A stretch of DNA of 62,420 bases, counting the filler, from Choristocarpus tenellus KU-1152 (Eukaryota; Protista; Phaeophyceae), in the NCBI GenBank assembly GCA_964200185.2. It is 14 parts of 14 records of this genome, joined end to end, with 100 filler letters (N's around TTAATTAATTAA, not from the genome) between each part and the next. Parts side by side here need not be neighbours in the genome. Positions count along the whole stretch, not along the records: positions 31,145 to 38,463 come from CAXNAD020006339.1; positions 38,564 to 44,721 come from CAXNAD020008803.1; positions 44,822 to 47,738 come from CAXNAD020023671.1; positions 47,839 to 52,553 come from CAXNAD020013363.1; 10 more parts are not named here. One strand, given 5' to 3'. The notes beneath the pieces were generated by a model. The model searched no databases. It was not told the origin of the DNA and saw nothing but the letters and a program-made list of their open reading frames with translations. Shown piece after piece: positions 38,081 through 50,060 of the stretch (the stretch's first letter is position 1; every line of letters begins with the position of its first letter). A program made the translations under genes and the position numbers.

Positions 38081-38563
38081 CTGCATGATGATGGGGGGAG
38101 GGAGGGACTGAGAGCAAGGTGCTACGGAGTATAGTGTAACTGAGTATTGACACAATAAAAATGGTAAGAGTCTCTGTTCCATTGGACACAATGAAAGGAA
38201 CTGAATTCAAATAGCAACTGTTGTCTCATCCAACAGAGCTCAGGGATAACTCCCAGCGGGCTAGAAACTTCTTGACTACTTGGGGGACAGGGAGGAGGGG
38301 CAAGACTCAGTGGCAAGAATAGGCATATGTATTAAGCTCTACGGACAAAAACAATGACAATTGCAATGGGCAAAAAGCAAGGGTGGGATAGGGGGGGGGG
38401 GGGGGGAAGGGCAGGGCAGGGCAAACCACAAGACAAAAAAAAGGTAACAGAAAAAAAAAAGGANNNNNNNNNNNNNNNNNNNNNNNNNNNNNNNNNNNNN
38501 NNNNNNNTTAATTAATTAANNNNNNNNNNNNNNNNNNNNNNNNNNNNNNNNNNNNNNNNNNNN

Positions 38564-38914
38564 TGCTGAGCGGGCAATCAAACTGATCATGCAAGCTGCT
38601 TGCAGTCAGTTGATTCAAGCTGGAATGGGGGAGGAATTCTGGTTCTTTGCAGTAGCAGACGCCACATTCAAGACCACTGGAATGCCGCACGAGTACTTGG
38701 GAGGCGAAACACCATATGAACACCTGACCAACAAACTTTTTATTTACAAGCGGCTTCGTGTATTTGGGGCAGAGTGTTTTGTACACCGCACCAAGCAACA
38801 GCGCGGCCCCAATGCTAAATTCCATCCATATGCAAAACGGGGGATCGTTGTTGGACATGACAGAGAGCCATTATGCTGGCACATATGGATCCCACAGGAG
38901 GGTAAGCTGGTGAC
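38564..38914 (+). mobile_element. Ty1/copia integrase C-terminal/SH3-like fragment
   Basis: EEFWFFAV, GETPYE, LRVFGAECFVH, KFHPYAKRGIVVGHD. Confidence 0.85.
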
Positions 38915-39173
38915 GAGCCAAAGTATCTTAGAGGATAGAGCCGCGTCCATTTGGGGGTCAAAATCCAATGTTGCGATTTGGGTGTAATTTTGGCTATCTC
39001 GTTTGTTAGGAAGTGTCCTTATCCTTGTTCCGGACACACCTTTTCATAATGTACACATTTTACCTACTCCGAGACATTTTGGAGTAGGAAAATGGCATAA
39101 ATAAAAACATGGGAAGCCAAGCCCCAAATGGACAAAGATGGAAAAACTCGTACCCTCTAAGATACTTTCACTC
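38915..39173 (+). mobile_element. MITE family A (flanks do not match)
   Basis: Full-length copy; flanks TGAC/ATGA. Confidence 0.9.
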
Positions 39174-39944
39174 ATGATCGCTTGCGCAGGGACCAAGTAC
39201 TTGGAGAACTTAACCACTGAGAAACCAAAGGGGGAGAAGAGAGCTCCAGAAAAAAATCAGCGGTTGACATTGTGTTCGTGGCGCGTGTCTCGGTGAAACT
39301 CGGGCAACAGAAGAAACTTTTTGTATGTGTTTCATTGATCTACAAAAGGTGTATGACTCTGTCGATTGAGACCTTCTATTATGGAGATACTGAACAAAAT
39401 TTGGCATGCCAGATGATTTTGATCTTTTGTCAAGTCCATGTCGGAATGCAGGCTTGTGTGTAGATAGATGACGGGGAATGCTCAGACTGGTTCAGTGTTG
39501 AACAAGACCTCCGTCAAGGGTGTGTTCTCGACACGCTGTTTTTTCTCTTCTTTCCTGCAGTGTTTACTGCAATACTAAGAGACTGAAGGGAGTATACATC
39601 AAGAAGATATTGTCTGCATCAGGAGAGCAAAAAAGAACCTTTAGTAGGCTAGGAGGAAGACACCAAGAAAGCCCTTCACGGTCTTGCTGTTATGTAGTGT
39701 ACATTGTATGTCGATGATGCAGATATTGTTTTCAAAGACTCAAAAAGACCAAAATGATGGCTATCGCCATCTCACCGTGTGAATCATTTGGACTGATTCG
39801 TCAGAGAAGAAGACGGCGACCACATACCTCCTACTTCCCGACAGGGCAACACAGGAATTGGAGATCAAAGACTGGAGGACAACAATCTCAGCAGACTGTC
39901 AAGGTTATCCATATCAAAGGTTTACTTGACGAGAATGCTGATAT
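39174..39944 (+). mobile_element. Degenerate LINE (RTE-like) reverse transcriptase
   Basis: CFIDLQKVYDSVD, DDGECSDWFSVEQDLRQGCVL, YVDD; frameshifts. Confidence 0.85.
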
Positions 39945-41039
39945 GGCTCAAAGTATCTGGGGGGGGGGGGTGGCGGCTGTCCCTTTGGGACCAAATTTTT
40001 CATGCTGCGATTTGTGGGTGATTTGGTTCCATACATTGGTTGGATAATGAAAGCACACTTTTCCTGTTTTTGTTCCAAATGGACACTCTGGTGTAGACCC
40101 CCTCCCCCCACTAGATACTTTGGGTTAGTTCCAACTTTGTATCCAGAACGCATGAGGATTGAGCGAGTTGATGCTACTGCTGTTGAGTTTGGTCGATACT
40201 GCATTCAATAATGTTCAGAAATATCATCCGTGGTCCCAAGAATAGGTCCTGGTTACTGTCGAAACTTACCAATTTAATCTCGAATGAATGGAGACCCGCT
40301 CTGTTTGCTCCCATCCACATCTAGACCTTTAATATTTCGACCGAAACCAGTCTGACCTTCACACCAAATCCGTTCTTCCATCTCTGACACGTAGGCAACT
40401 GAGAAGTCCTTTGCAGCCGAGGATTCCATTCACTGTAGGTGTTTGTTACCCATCTTCAAAGTCTCTTTGAGATTGCGGCTTTGTTGTTTGGCAAGCAGTT
40501 CCTTGTCAAGCCTTCAGAATCCTCCCTGAAGGCTCAGCGCTATCATAAAATCCTCGAGAAATAGTGTTTGTGTTGAGATGGGATCGATTCAGTGGAGCTC
40601 CAGCATCATACATGGAGTGTACATGGATACTACGATATCAACATGATAATCTATCACCTCTTCAAGACTAATGAGCTTCTCAGCATTAGCACTTTATGGA
40701 ATAGTCTAGAACTGAAGATCCGAGGTGAGGGTATGCCGATCAAAAGGGATATATCTCTTGGGTGGTCCTGTCCTCTGAAGTGGTGCAAATTGATCAAGGG
40801 GTTGAACCAACCTCAATACAATTCAGTGTTCTGATTCCAGGACAGGATGAACCATCACATTCAAAATTAGTTATCGATCAATTTGACATGTGATGATGTA
40901 ATCAAGGCAATGTCTCTCACCCGTGGGGCTCACATAAGCTATGGGAGGTTTGACCTTGAAGTGTGCTGAAAATGTGTTTACAGGTGCAATTTTGTGCATT
41001 GCAACAAATCTCAGCACTAGCGTACCATTATATCATTTA

Positions 41040-41900
41040 CTCACATCCGGAAGTTTCCAGAACCCAGATATAGCTTCCTACCCCCCCTCGTTTCTCCTTC
41101 CAGTTCGAACGATGGCTAAGAAAAACAGGGTCTCTTTGGAGGGTACCTATTCCACAAGTATTTCGAGGTATGCCCAGAAGCGATCATTATCCCCCTTGTT
41201 GTCTTACCATATTCTGGTGTTTGCTTGTAGGCTGAGTTGGAGCATATCCGACAGTGAACATGGCCAGACTCGAATTACAGGGTAGGGGGATCTTAACCTT
41301 CACCAGGCAGTCGCTGATGCATTCCTGCTCACAGTTCTTTTCTCGTACAGACGATTGTTTGTTTCGCCGCCAGCCCAATGTCATGCTTCCCTTTTCTTCC
41401 ATTGCCTCCACTGAATGGAAGAAAGAACTGCCCAGAAACTACGAGGGAAGACCGTCCATCTTGCCTAGTCTTCTTGAGACCAATTACACCACATCCAATT
41501 GAATGAACCCATAGCAGTCGCATGTTCGCATGTCCCACTCCGTTCACACTATTTCCTGCGATCGTTCCGGCGTTCCAGATAGATAGAGTGACCTCTGTGT
41601 TGTGAGTCTTTTCTAGTTTGGCTGCACGTTTTCCACGCTGTGCAACGTTCGAGTTGTTCTCTCCTCCTCTGGTCATCCTTCTATTCTTCTTCCTCGTTAT
41701 CAACGCACGGCCTCCGTGTACATACCTCATTTTCTCGAGCATAGCCATCTCACACCCCATCGAATTTCTCCATCTTTGGATCGGATGAGTATCGCCAGAT
41801 GTCGTCGCTCCTCAAGGAAGCTACGTCTGCCACGTTTCCTACGTTTCGATTTAGCATCCTACGGGTATTGAATATCCGCAGCGGTTTCCTCTATCCCTTC
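41040..41900 (-). mobile_element. Degenerate LINE AP-endonuclease region
   Basis: SIWNAGTI, CGVIGLKKTR, FSGG...KHDIGLA, VGYAPT. Confidence 0.7.
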
Positions 41901-42038
41901 CTCGCCACGGCAACCACGTGATGTGTCTCCATATAGTTTGAAGTTACTGCAACATGAAGTTCCTGCGCGACAGAGGTCAAGTTGAAAGGGGGTCAACAGC
42001 GCGCGCAGTGGTTTGATATCGATATACGTAACAGAGAG

Positions 42039-44721
42039 ATGATGTCCATATCTGGTGTGTTGTTGCTTTACCTGTTCCTTTCCTCAGTCAACACAGCTTT
42101 AAGCTTATTGCAGACCTGGGTACCTAAGGGTTCGAGTAAATTTGAAAGTTCATTGTCCATGTCGGAAAAAGCTTCGAAGTCGAGACCGGGCATCCTCGTG
42201 GTTGGACTGGCAGGAAATAATGGTGTTACCACTGTGGCAGGAATCCTCGCCAACCAGAAGGGCTTGACATGGGAGGGCCCCATGGGCCGAATGTCGGCAA
42301 ACCTCCTTGGCTGTATTACTCAGCTTGCTTCTAAGGGCGGAAGCGGGGGATACCGCGAGAGGTACCCCCTGGCCGACGTCAAGGATGCTGTGATAGGCGG
42401 CTGGGACATCCGTTCAATCCCGATGGGTGAGGCTTTATACAATGCACGTATTCTCGATTTCGACCTAGTGAGGAAAGTACAGAAAGAGATGGATGGTATG
42501 GATGTACTTCCCGGTGTGTGGGATCCAGACTTCATCGGAGAAACGCAGCACAAAACTGCCACGAGGGTGGTGGGCGATGGAGAAACGCAGCAGCGTCGCC
42601 TTGATCTGCTTCGTGCGAACATACGCGAGTTTAGGGACAATAATGGTGTCACAGGCCATATAAGTGTGATATGGAGCGCCAGTGTTGAACGACCGAGCGG
42701 TACGGACTTTGAGGAGCCTGAGGAGGTGTGTCAGATGTCAATTGGTTCGAAGTGGTCACATGGCATTGCATGATTTCTGTGCATGCACCAGGCATCATCG
42801 AGACTGTTATCATTCTCTCGGGGGCATCTTTGCATGCTCTCTTCCCCCCCTGCTACTAACTCACGACCTAACCGTCTCGCCTCTGGTCCCAATGTGTAGA
42901 TTTTAAGGGCAATTGCCGAGGACAATAAGGAGGTGTCTCCTTCTATGCTATACGCTACTGCTGCGATCTTGGAGGGATGCTCCTTCATCAATGGTGGCTC
43001 GCAGAATACAATGTGTGGTGCACTAGTAAAGCTTGCAGAGGTGAGAAATAGGGGTGTCAAATGCCACTTGCAAAGGGTATGAAATCTGTGTCCATTCTTG
43101 ATACAGGATTTCATCTGTTGCCGAAAACTCTGCCCTACCAAAAATGGGGCAGAACATCCAATACGTTTCATCGTACTAAGTCTGTTGGTGGCAGATGATG
43201 GGGGAAAGCAGACTTGTTGGCTTACATAAGTCGAGCTGTGTCCTTCTTGCCGGCGATGTCAATGATTCCCACCTTTTTCACTTTACTCAATGTGCAGGCA
43301 AACGCGTGCTACATGCTGGGCACTGACTTCAAGGCCGGGCAAACCAAGTTTAAGACAGCAGCAGTCGAATACATTCGATCTCTTGGCATGTGCCCCAAGG
43401 TGCAGTAGTGGCACTCATTGGCAGTGTCGGTGTTGGGTGTCTCCCTGAGGTAATTGGTGGACATTCGGCACTCAATTAGAAGCATGAATTTGTTTGGACC
43501 TTTTTCCCTTCTCCACGACGTTTACCTCAGTTGGTGACTTGTTATCATGGGAACATGGAGGAAGGTAAGGAGGTGAGTAGTAGATACCCTCAAGTGCCTT
43601 GCGGGGAAGGTACCACAGTGTTTGGCATGTATTTGGGTTGATGTTGAACCTAATGTCCAGAAGGTGAGAGAGTTGGTGGGTGCTCATACATCCAAGAATG
43701 TGTGAGTTTATGAAGGATAAAGTTTCCATTCCAAGGATTGTAAAAGAAGCTTCCCGTTTTTCCATTCTGCTGCAAAGATGGACGTATCCCGGGTCATATT
43801 AATACTAGGGTTGTAAGGAACGTTGTGAGTCTCAAACCGTTGAATAGGTACATTTCCACCCAATAGGAGATCGCACTGCTGCAGTAGATGTTCAAACTGT
43901 CAGGGTCATGGGAGTTAGAATAGTTTTTTTCCTCTCTTCCTTTCGCACTCCGTCGGTAATGATAATGCCCTTGCACTGCGGTTGCTTTGATTCCAATTGA
44001 GCGCTTCGAAAGTTTCGAACTCGATTCAGTTCACACACGACGCATGCTTATTATAATTAACCCCTTTTTCGTTTTTTTTTCGTTTTTTTTTTCGGTTTCG
44101 CCGGTTGCAACGGCTTTCGATATATATATATATATATTTTTTTTTGTGCATTTTTTTTTCTTCTTTTTGAGAGATGTTGACTGCTGCTGCGTGGAATATT
44201 GCAACAGAGCCCTACGCGGCGGCACAGATGTAAAACGCTTACCTGCAGGACGTGTAGGATATGTATCATCGGTGTTGGCCACGAGATGAGCACATTGAAA
44301 TCTCTGTATATTTCTGGTCTATAAATTTGGTCCGTTTTGGATTTTGGTGGCGTGGTAGAAGTGGGCGTCTTTGGAGGGACATCCTCTTCCCTCGTACTAG
44401 TACAGTAGCTTTCCCTAACCCTTGCATTGTCATTTTGATTCGACGTTCTCTTTGCCTTCCTGCTCCAGGATGTGCCATGAATTGGGCTCTTGATAATACC
44501 CCTCCTGAACCCTCCTGTGTAGTGGTCAGACTCAGTGAGATGTATTCACTACACCCTACCGACCTTTTCTGTTCTTTGGGTCCATGCTCCCTGTTGTGTA
44601 TGCTATAATCGTGGGGGTATGGGGGGCTGTGGGGGCGGGGGGGGGGGAGTCCAGGTCATTGCCTCGTCAAACCACCTGGGCAACAACGACATGCTCAATC
44701 TGACAACAAAGAAGACCCTCA
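42039..44721 (+). CDS. INO1: Myo-inositol-1-phosphate synthase-like protein with N-terminal signal peptide; exons 42039-42725, 42900-43040, 43298-43399, 44655->44721 (truncated by the contig end)
   Basis: MIPS motif variants [66 protein letters not shown]; phase-0 GT-AG introns. Confidence 0.88.
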
Positions 44722-45255
44722 NNNNNNNNNNNNNNNNNNNNNNNNNNNNNNNNNNNNNNNNNNNNTTAATTAATTAANNNNNNNNNNNNNNNNNNNNNNN
44801 NNNNNNNNNNNNNNNNNNNNNAATTGTATCTGACAGCGCGTCTTATACATAAGGTGTGTGTCAAAAAAAAAAAAAAGGAACCTGTCCCTGACATATACAT
44901 ACATTTCTAACTACTACACACCATGTACTACATACCAGTGGTTGTAAGGAAAATAATTAACCAAGAAACAAGTTGTAACCATCTATAAGTACAAATCAAC
45001 ACAAAATCCAAAGGTGAGGCAGCACACGTACACCTAAAAGGAAGGACATATAGATATAACACCCAATTGTAATTAAAACGGAAAAATGAACCCTGCCTCG
45101 ACAACACACGTCCAACCTCAACTATGATATAGGACAGGATGTCCACGGGAGACATGATGTCTCTGACGGATGAGGGGAGGGGGTGACAGACGACTACGAG
45201 TTTCGAGAAGATGGTAGCGTGTCGGACTCGCTACAACCTCTGTTCCATATTACGG

Positions 45256-45624
45256 TCATATGGGACTGGTCCCGAACCAGGATCTCGGTTCCATGTTGGA
45301 CTCTGTGCTGTATAGTTGTTGAAGAAGCTGGATATTTCGCACCTCGCCATTCTCCCATTTGACCTCATAGGGGTAGCTGAGTCGCTCCTCTCCCACTGAC
45401 TTGGTATGGTGGGGCTGGTATTTGGTGACGATTCCCTCGCATCCACTGCTCATCCATCCGAAAGTATAGTCCCCTGCCCTTGGCTCCTCGGACATTAACT
45501 CTCGCAGTGCCCTTGCCAATGGCGCAAACTTCTTATCCTCGTCCAAAAACCAAGCGGTGAGGTCCTTCCAAGTGTATCTGTCTCCTTCTCCCTCGTTCTG
45601 TCCATATTGGTGGTCGTCAAACAT
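45256..45624 (-). pseudogene. Intronless ORF remnant of unknown origin, probably TE-borne
   Basis: 122-aa open frame ending G.VTKY...YPYEVKWENGE...L...Y (beta-barrel/Tudor-like pattern); lies next to large tandem repeats. Confidence 0.3.
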
Positions 45625-46079
45625 TGAGTGGAATAGGTGGAGGATTTTATCTGTCTTGGACTTCTTCCATGACCGGAGAGTGCTGCTATTGGTGGTTGGT
45701 CTCCCAACTCCCCATTTCCTGAACAGGGGGATAGAGGAGTGGAGAGAAGTAGGTTGTCACGGCGGGATGCCGGATGAGATATATGTGATTCAGCAGAGAC
45801 GATGAACATATCCTTGTTATTGCGTCTAATGCACGCGAACCATAGGGAAAAATATATTTTCTCTCGTCCTACAGATGAAACGTATAGAGTATGCTCTTTA
45901 CCACAAACAGATGTTTGACGTAGAAGTGTTCAATGAGCGTGGCACACGACTTTCTCTACTTACTTTCAATCGTCTGGATAAATCTATTTGTGTATAATAG
46001 GGGCTGTTTTTTTATGATAAGCAAATAAATGGAGTCTGGTCTGTTTTACTGTTACTTTTCATAATGTCGGCTGAGGCGT

Positions 46080-46910
46080 TTGGAGAGAAAATGTGCATCG
46101 GGTGCGTGTTTGAGGAAAAAGATAATAGAGTTATCCTGCCTTCATAAGATCATATTTTTCTGAAGAGTTCATTGGACTTATCCATCTTTCGATATTCGCA
46201 ATTGTTTCGAACAAAATCAAAAGGTTACAAGCCTTACTCCTATGAAGCACTGAGGCCATTGTTTTCTTCAATTTCCTTTCGGAGTTTGTTTTCATGGAAT
46301 TCTCTATTTTTGTGGAACACTACTCTTGTAGTTGTGTGGCTAGATTTTTCTCTCAGCCAACACCGATCGACGTTGGATGAGAGAGAATGCGAATCGGGTA
46401 CGTGTTTGAGGAAAAAGATAATAGATTTATCCTGCCTTCATAAAACCATATTTTTATCGCATTAGTTAATTGGACTTTTCCATCCTTCAATATTTATTTG
46501 CAATTCTTTCAAACAAAATCAAAAGGTTGTAAGCCTTACTCCTATGAAGCACTGAGGGCGTTTTTTCTTCAATTTCCATTCGAGTTTGTTTTCACGGATA
46601 TCTCAATTCTTGCGAAATACTCTTCTTGTAGGTGTGTGGTGGCTAGACGTTTCTCTCGACCAACATCGATCGACGTTGGATTAGAAATAATGACAATCGG
46701 GTGTTTGTTTGAGGAAATATACAACAGAATTGTCCTGCGTTCATAAAACCATATTTTTGTCAAGAGATATTCCGACTTTTCCATCTTTCGATATTCGCGA
46801 TTGTTTCAAACAAAATCAAAAGGCTACAAGCCTTACTCCTATGAAGCACTGATGCCATTATTTTACGTAATTCCCATTCCGAGGTTGTTTGCAGGGAATC
46901 TCCATTTTGT
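46080..46910. repeat. ~300-bp tandem repeat, ~2.8 units
   Basis: ACAAAATCAAAAGG...AAGCCTTACTCCTATGAAGCACTGA recurs at ~46211, 46513, 46810. Confidence 0.92.
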
Positions 46911-46983
46911 TTTGCTCACGAATTCTGGATTATTATTATTATTTGCTCATTCCTAATTTGCCATTCCTCTATTCTCTATTCCC

Positions 46984-47147
46984 CATTTGATGGCCAACCA
47001 CTGTGACTGCCCTTCGTCAATGATTGCCAGCCATCCCACATTTGATGACCAACCAGTGCGAAAATGCTCTTCGTCACTGATTGCCAGCCATCCCCACATT
47101 TGATGACCAACCAGTGCAAATGCCCTTCGTCACTGATTGCCAGCCAT
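46984..47147. repeat. ~56-bp tandem repeat x3 downstream of the tyrosine recombinase
   Basis: CATTTGATGACCAACCAGTG...CTTCGTCACTGATTGCCAGCCAT three times. Confidence 0.9.
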
Positions 47148-47336
47148 TATTTCAATCCACACAAGTTCCCACTCCCCTCAACCTCACAGCAGTTCTCACA
47201 CACCACTCAACACCACTCGAAAATCATCCAAGAACACCCTTTCATGATTCCCTTCAAACCGCACCTTTGAGCTAGAAGACATCTACCTCGCCGTAACTTG
47301 ACCTCCCCTCCCGTTTCAGGGTTGATTTCTTCTATC

Positions 47337-47738
47337 TCATCTCTTTACCTCCTGACCTGGTTGTACCCAATCCTTCCTACTCTCTGCCAAGCCCTTTGAC
47401 ACTGACACTGGATCCTTCTGGTTTGCCCTTACATAAATCATAAACGCCCTCGACTTCCACCTTCCTTCCCGCTGTATTACTAATTCTGATACCCCCATGC
47501 TTGCCAATCTCGTGGCTCCCCCTATCCTACCCGAATGCAAGGCATACTCTTCTGGTCTTAGCCTAAGCTCTTTTGCTATCCTCCTCAAGATATATGTTGC
47601 TTGGCCCCTCGTAATCACTCTCCATCCCCCTTCCTGTCTACATGTCATCAGAGGGGCATCCGGGGGAAGTTCTGGGAAACATTCCATAATAGCCATCACT
47701 ACCTCCCATCCTCCCATACTTTCTTCTCCCCCTTCCTT
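47337..47738 (-). mobile_element. Tyrosine recombinase C-terminus of a DIRS/Ngaro-type retrotransposon (5'-truncated by the contig end)
   Basis: YALHSGRIGGAT...IQREGRWKSRAFMIYVR contains the H-x-x-R, W and catalytic Y motifs; frame intact. Confidence 0.88.
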
Positions 47739-47893
47739 NNNNNNNNNNNNNNNNNNNNNNNNNNNNNNNNNNNNNNNNNNNNTTAATTAATTAANNNNNN
47801 NNNNNNNNNNNNNNNNNNNNNNNNNNNNNNNNNNNNNNCCCCCCCCCCCCCCCCCAACCCCCCGGACCCCTCCAGCTCCCGAGTCCTTCTTGC

Positions 47894-49597
47894 CTCCCTT
47901 GTTGCATCTTCCACAGCCTGCTCCTTTTCAGCCTCCTTTTGATCAAACGTTTCTCTCACTCGGATGGCATGGAGGTTATTGAGCTCGCCCACTTCATAGC
48001 AAAAGAAAAGATTGGCACAGGGATAGGGTTAGGGACAAGCACAAGAAGGTATAACAAAAATCTTGAACTGATACCAGCAGAATGGGTCTGGTAACTGCTG
48101 TGCTAGAAGGTACAACGTGACATGCTTTCGAACTGCAACCTCTTCAAAGGTTGAAAAACTCCCCTCCCACTGAAGCAATATCTGTCATGAGCAGTCTTGT
48201 ATAGATGAAGAAAAAGAGTTTCAGGATGGAAGGGTTAGAGTTGGGCTTGGCTGCTACTCATCCCTCCCATCCCTTCCAAAACTAGTAGCAAGACTTGATA
48301 GGTCCACTGAGATTCACCCAATGGTGAATTCTGGATTGTGCGCCCTTCCCGAGGGGGTGAGAAACTGGGACAGATATGAAAATAGTTGATGTGTTGTAAT
48401 TACACGAGAGGGGAACTAATTTTACACTGAAGATCTCACACCTATGAGGTAGAGACCTGCTGTAAAGAGGCAGTGTTTGAGGCGATTTAATGATTAATGG
48501 AGCAGCATGCCTCATGCAATGTATAGCTCTACACAGAAAATCTGTAGAGATATTTTAGAAAATAATGTATTCATGCACCGCTTAAAATATTTCAGCAGCA
48601 GATCTGTTAGAGTTACCCCATCTTACTGTGATGCACTTGGTATGACTTGCACTTCAAGGGGATGCAATGAAACCACTCTTCAAAATGATGCAGAACACAA
48701 AATAACTCTTCGAAATCCTCACTTTTTTCCTGAATGAGTCGCACATCCTCGTCCACCGCATCAACCTTATCTACCCACTCTGGAGGCAGAACGTTGCGGG
48801 TGGCAGCCCAGTTGGTAGTGTGCCCTGCGTCCTGAAGAAACAACGGTCATCCCAGTTGTTTCAAGTGGGGGTACAGAAAGAGAGAAGATCGAGGACAATG
48901 AAGGGGGAACAGGGTGGATGGGAATGCTTTTACTGATATACAATTTCAAGGTCAGGGAGGAAGTAAATTGCCTTGCATCTCCGATAGTGCAATGGTGTGG
49001 CAACCAATGCCTGCTATCCCGTTTATCATTGTTGTTGAATCAAGGCTACAGACTGGGGTAACGTGGATACACTTCGCCAGGAGGAGCAACACCACTGTGG
49101 ACTGTTTGGCCAATATTATTTAGCAGCACTACTCCATGCCATTAAATAAGGACCAAGGCGCATGTTCCACCCTCCTTTGCACGCCGGCTCCCATCGTCCG
49201 CATGAGACGCATATTGGAAGGCACTCGCTCTGATGATCCTCCTCGTATCTACTACCTCATCCATAGCTTGAGTTTCACTTAGTCACGATCAATGTCATGC
49301 ATTCGTCCATAGAATACATGTGGTACACTTCATGCGGCCGTGTGGCTAAGGTGTGCGATTTTTCTCTACTGCAGCGTAACAGTCTCCAACACTCCAACCA
49401 CCCTGGTTACTGAAGGTAAAGATTTGCATGCCTTTTTTGCAGTTTGGTGTGCGAGACTTAGGTGCAGATCATAGCACACTTACATCGAGGAGTCCGCTCT
49501 CACTTAACGAGTCCCCAGGCCGCTTCATTTCCATCCCAACCCCATGTCGCAGAAGCCGTAATTCCGCAAATCGCCTCGTGAGGTCTCGGGTTGCCAT
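47894..49597 (-). CDS. STX16: Syntaxin-16/Tlg2/SYP4-like Qa-SNARE, 5' exons 49597-49484, 48831-48723, 47991-47894
   Basis: N-peptide MATRDLTRRF, LPPEWVDKV, M.EL..LH...FD..E.E..VE..T.E; phases 0/1 match; the third donor is probably GC (GCAAGA). Confidence 0.85.
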
Positions 49598-50060
49598 GGC
49601 ACCCCGCCTCACCTCCCAAAAGAATAGGATATACTTCTCTGTCCCAGGGGAGATTCCACTTATCTAGCAGATTCCACCAAGTCAATACGTGCTCCGAAGG
49701 ATACGAATCTAACACTGCAACGTGCTACCGAAAACAGGAGGCGTCTAGTGTGCGCTGGGTCAGAATTGGGCACTCCAGGCAAGGTAAGGAAGGTATTTGT
49801 TCAAATTGGACAATGTGCGTAGGTAGTATTGGCCGCACCACTATGATAAAAATCAAGGTAATGAAATCCCTCTAGTGGCTAATCAAGTTCACCTTCAAGT
49901 TACTTGTTCCGACTCATTTGACCTTCTCCTTCTCGTTTGACGATTTGGAGGGTTTTCTTAGGGTTAGGGCGTTTTCTGTTGCAAAATGGAAACTTCACCG
50001 TCATCTCAACATTTCAAATTACTGTTGACATAAGCAGTGTGGAGGGGAGGTGTCAGCACC
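49598..50060. promoter_or_regulatory. Putative bidirectional promoter/5' UTRs between the syntaxin and FHA genes
   Basis: Divergent ATGs 463 bp apart; contains TTAGGGTTAGGG at 49958-49969. Confidence 0.55.
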
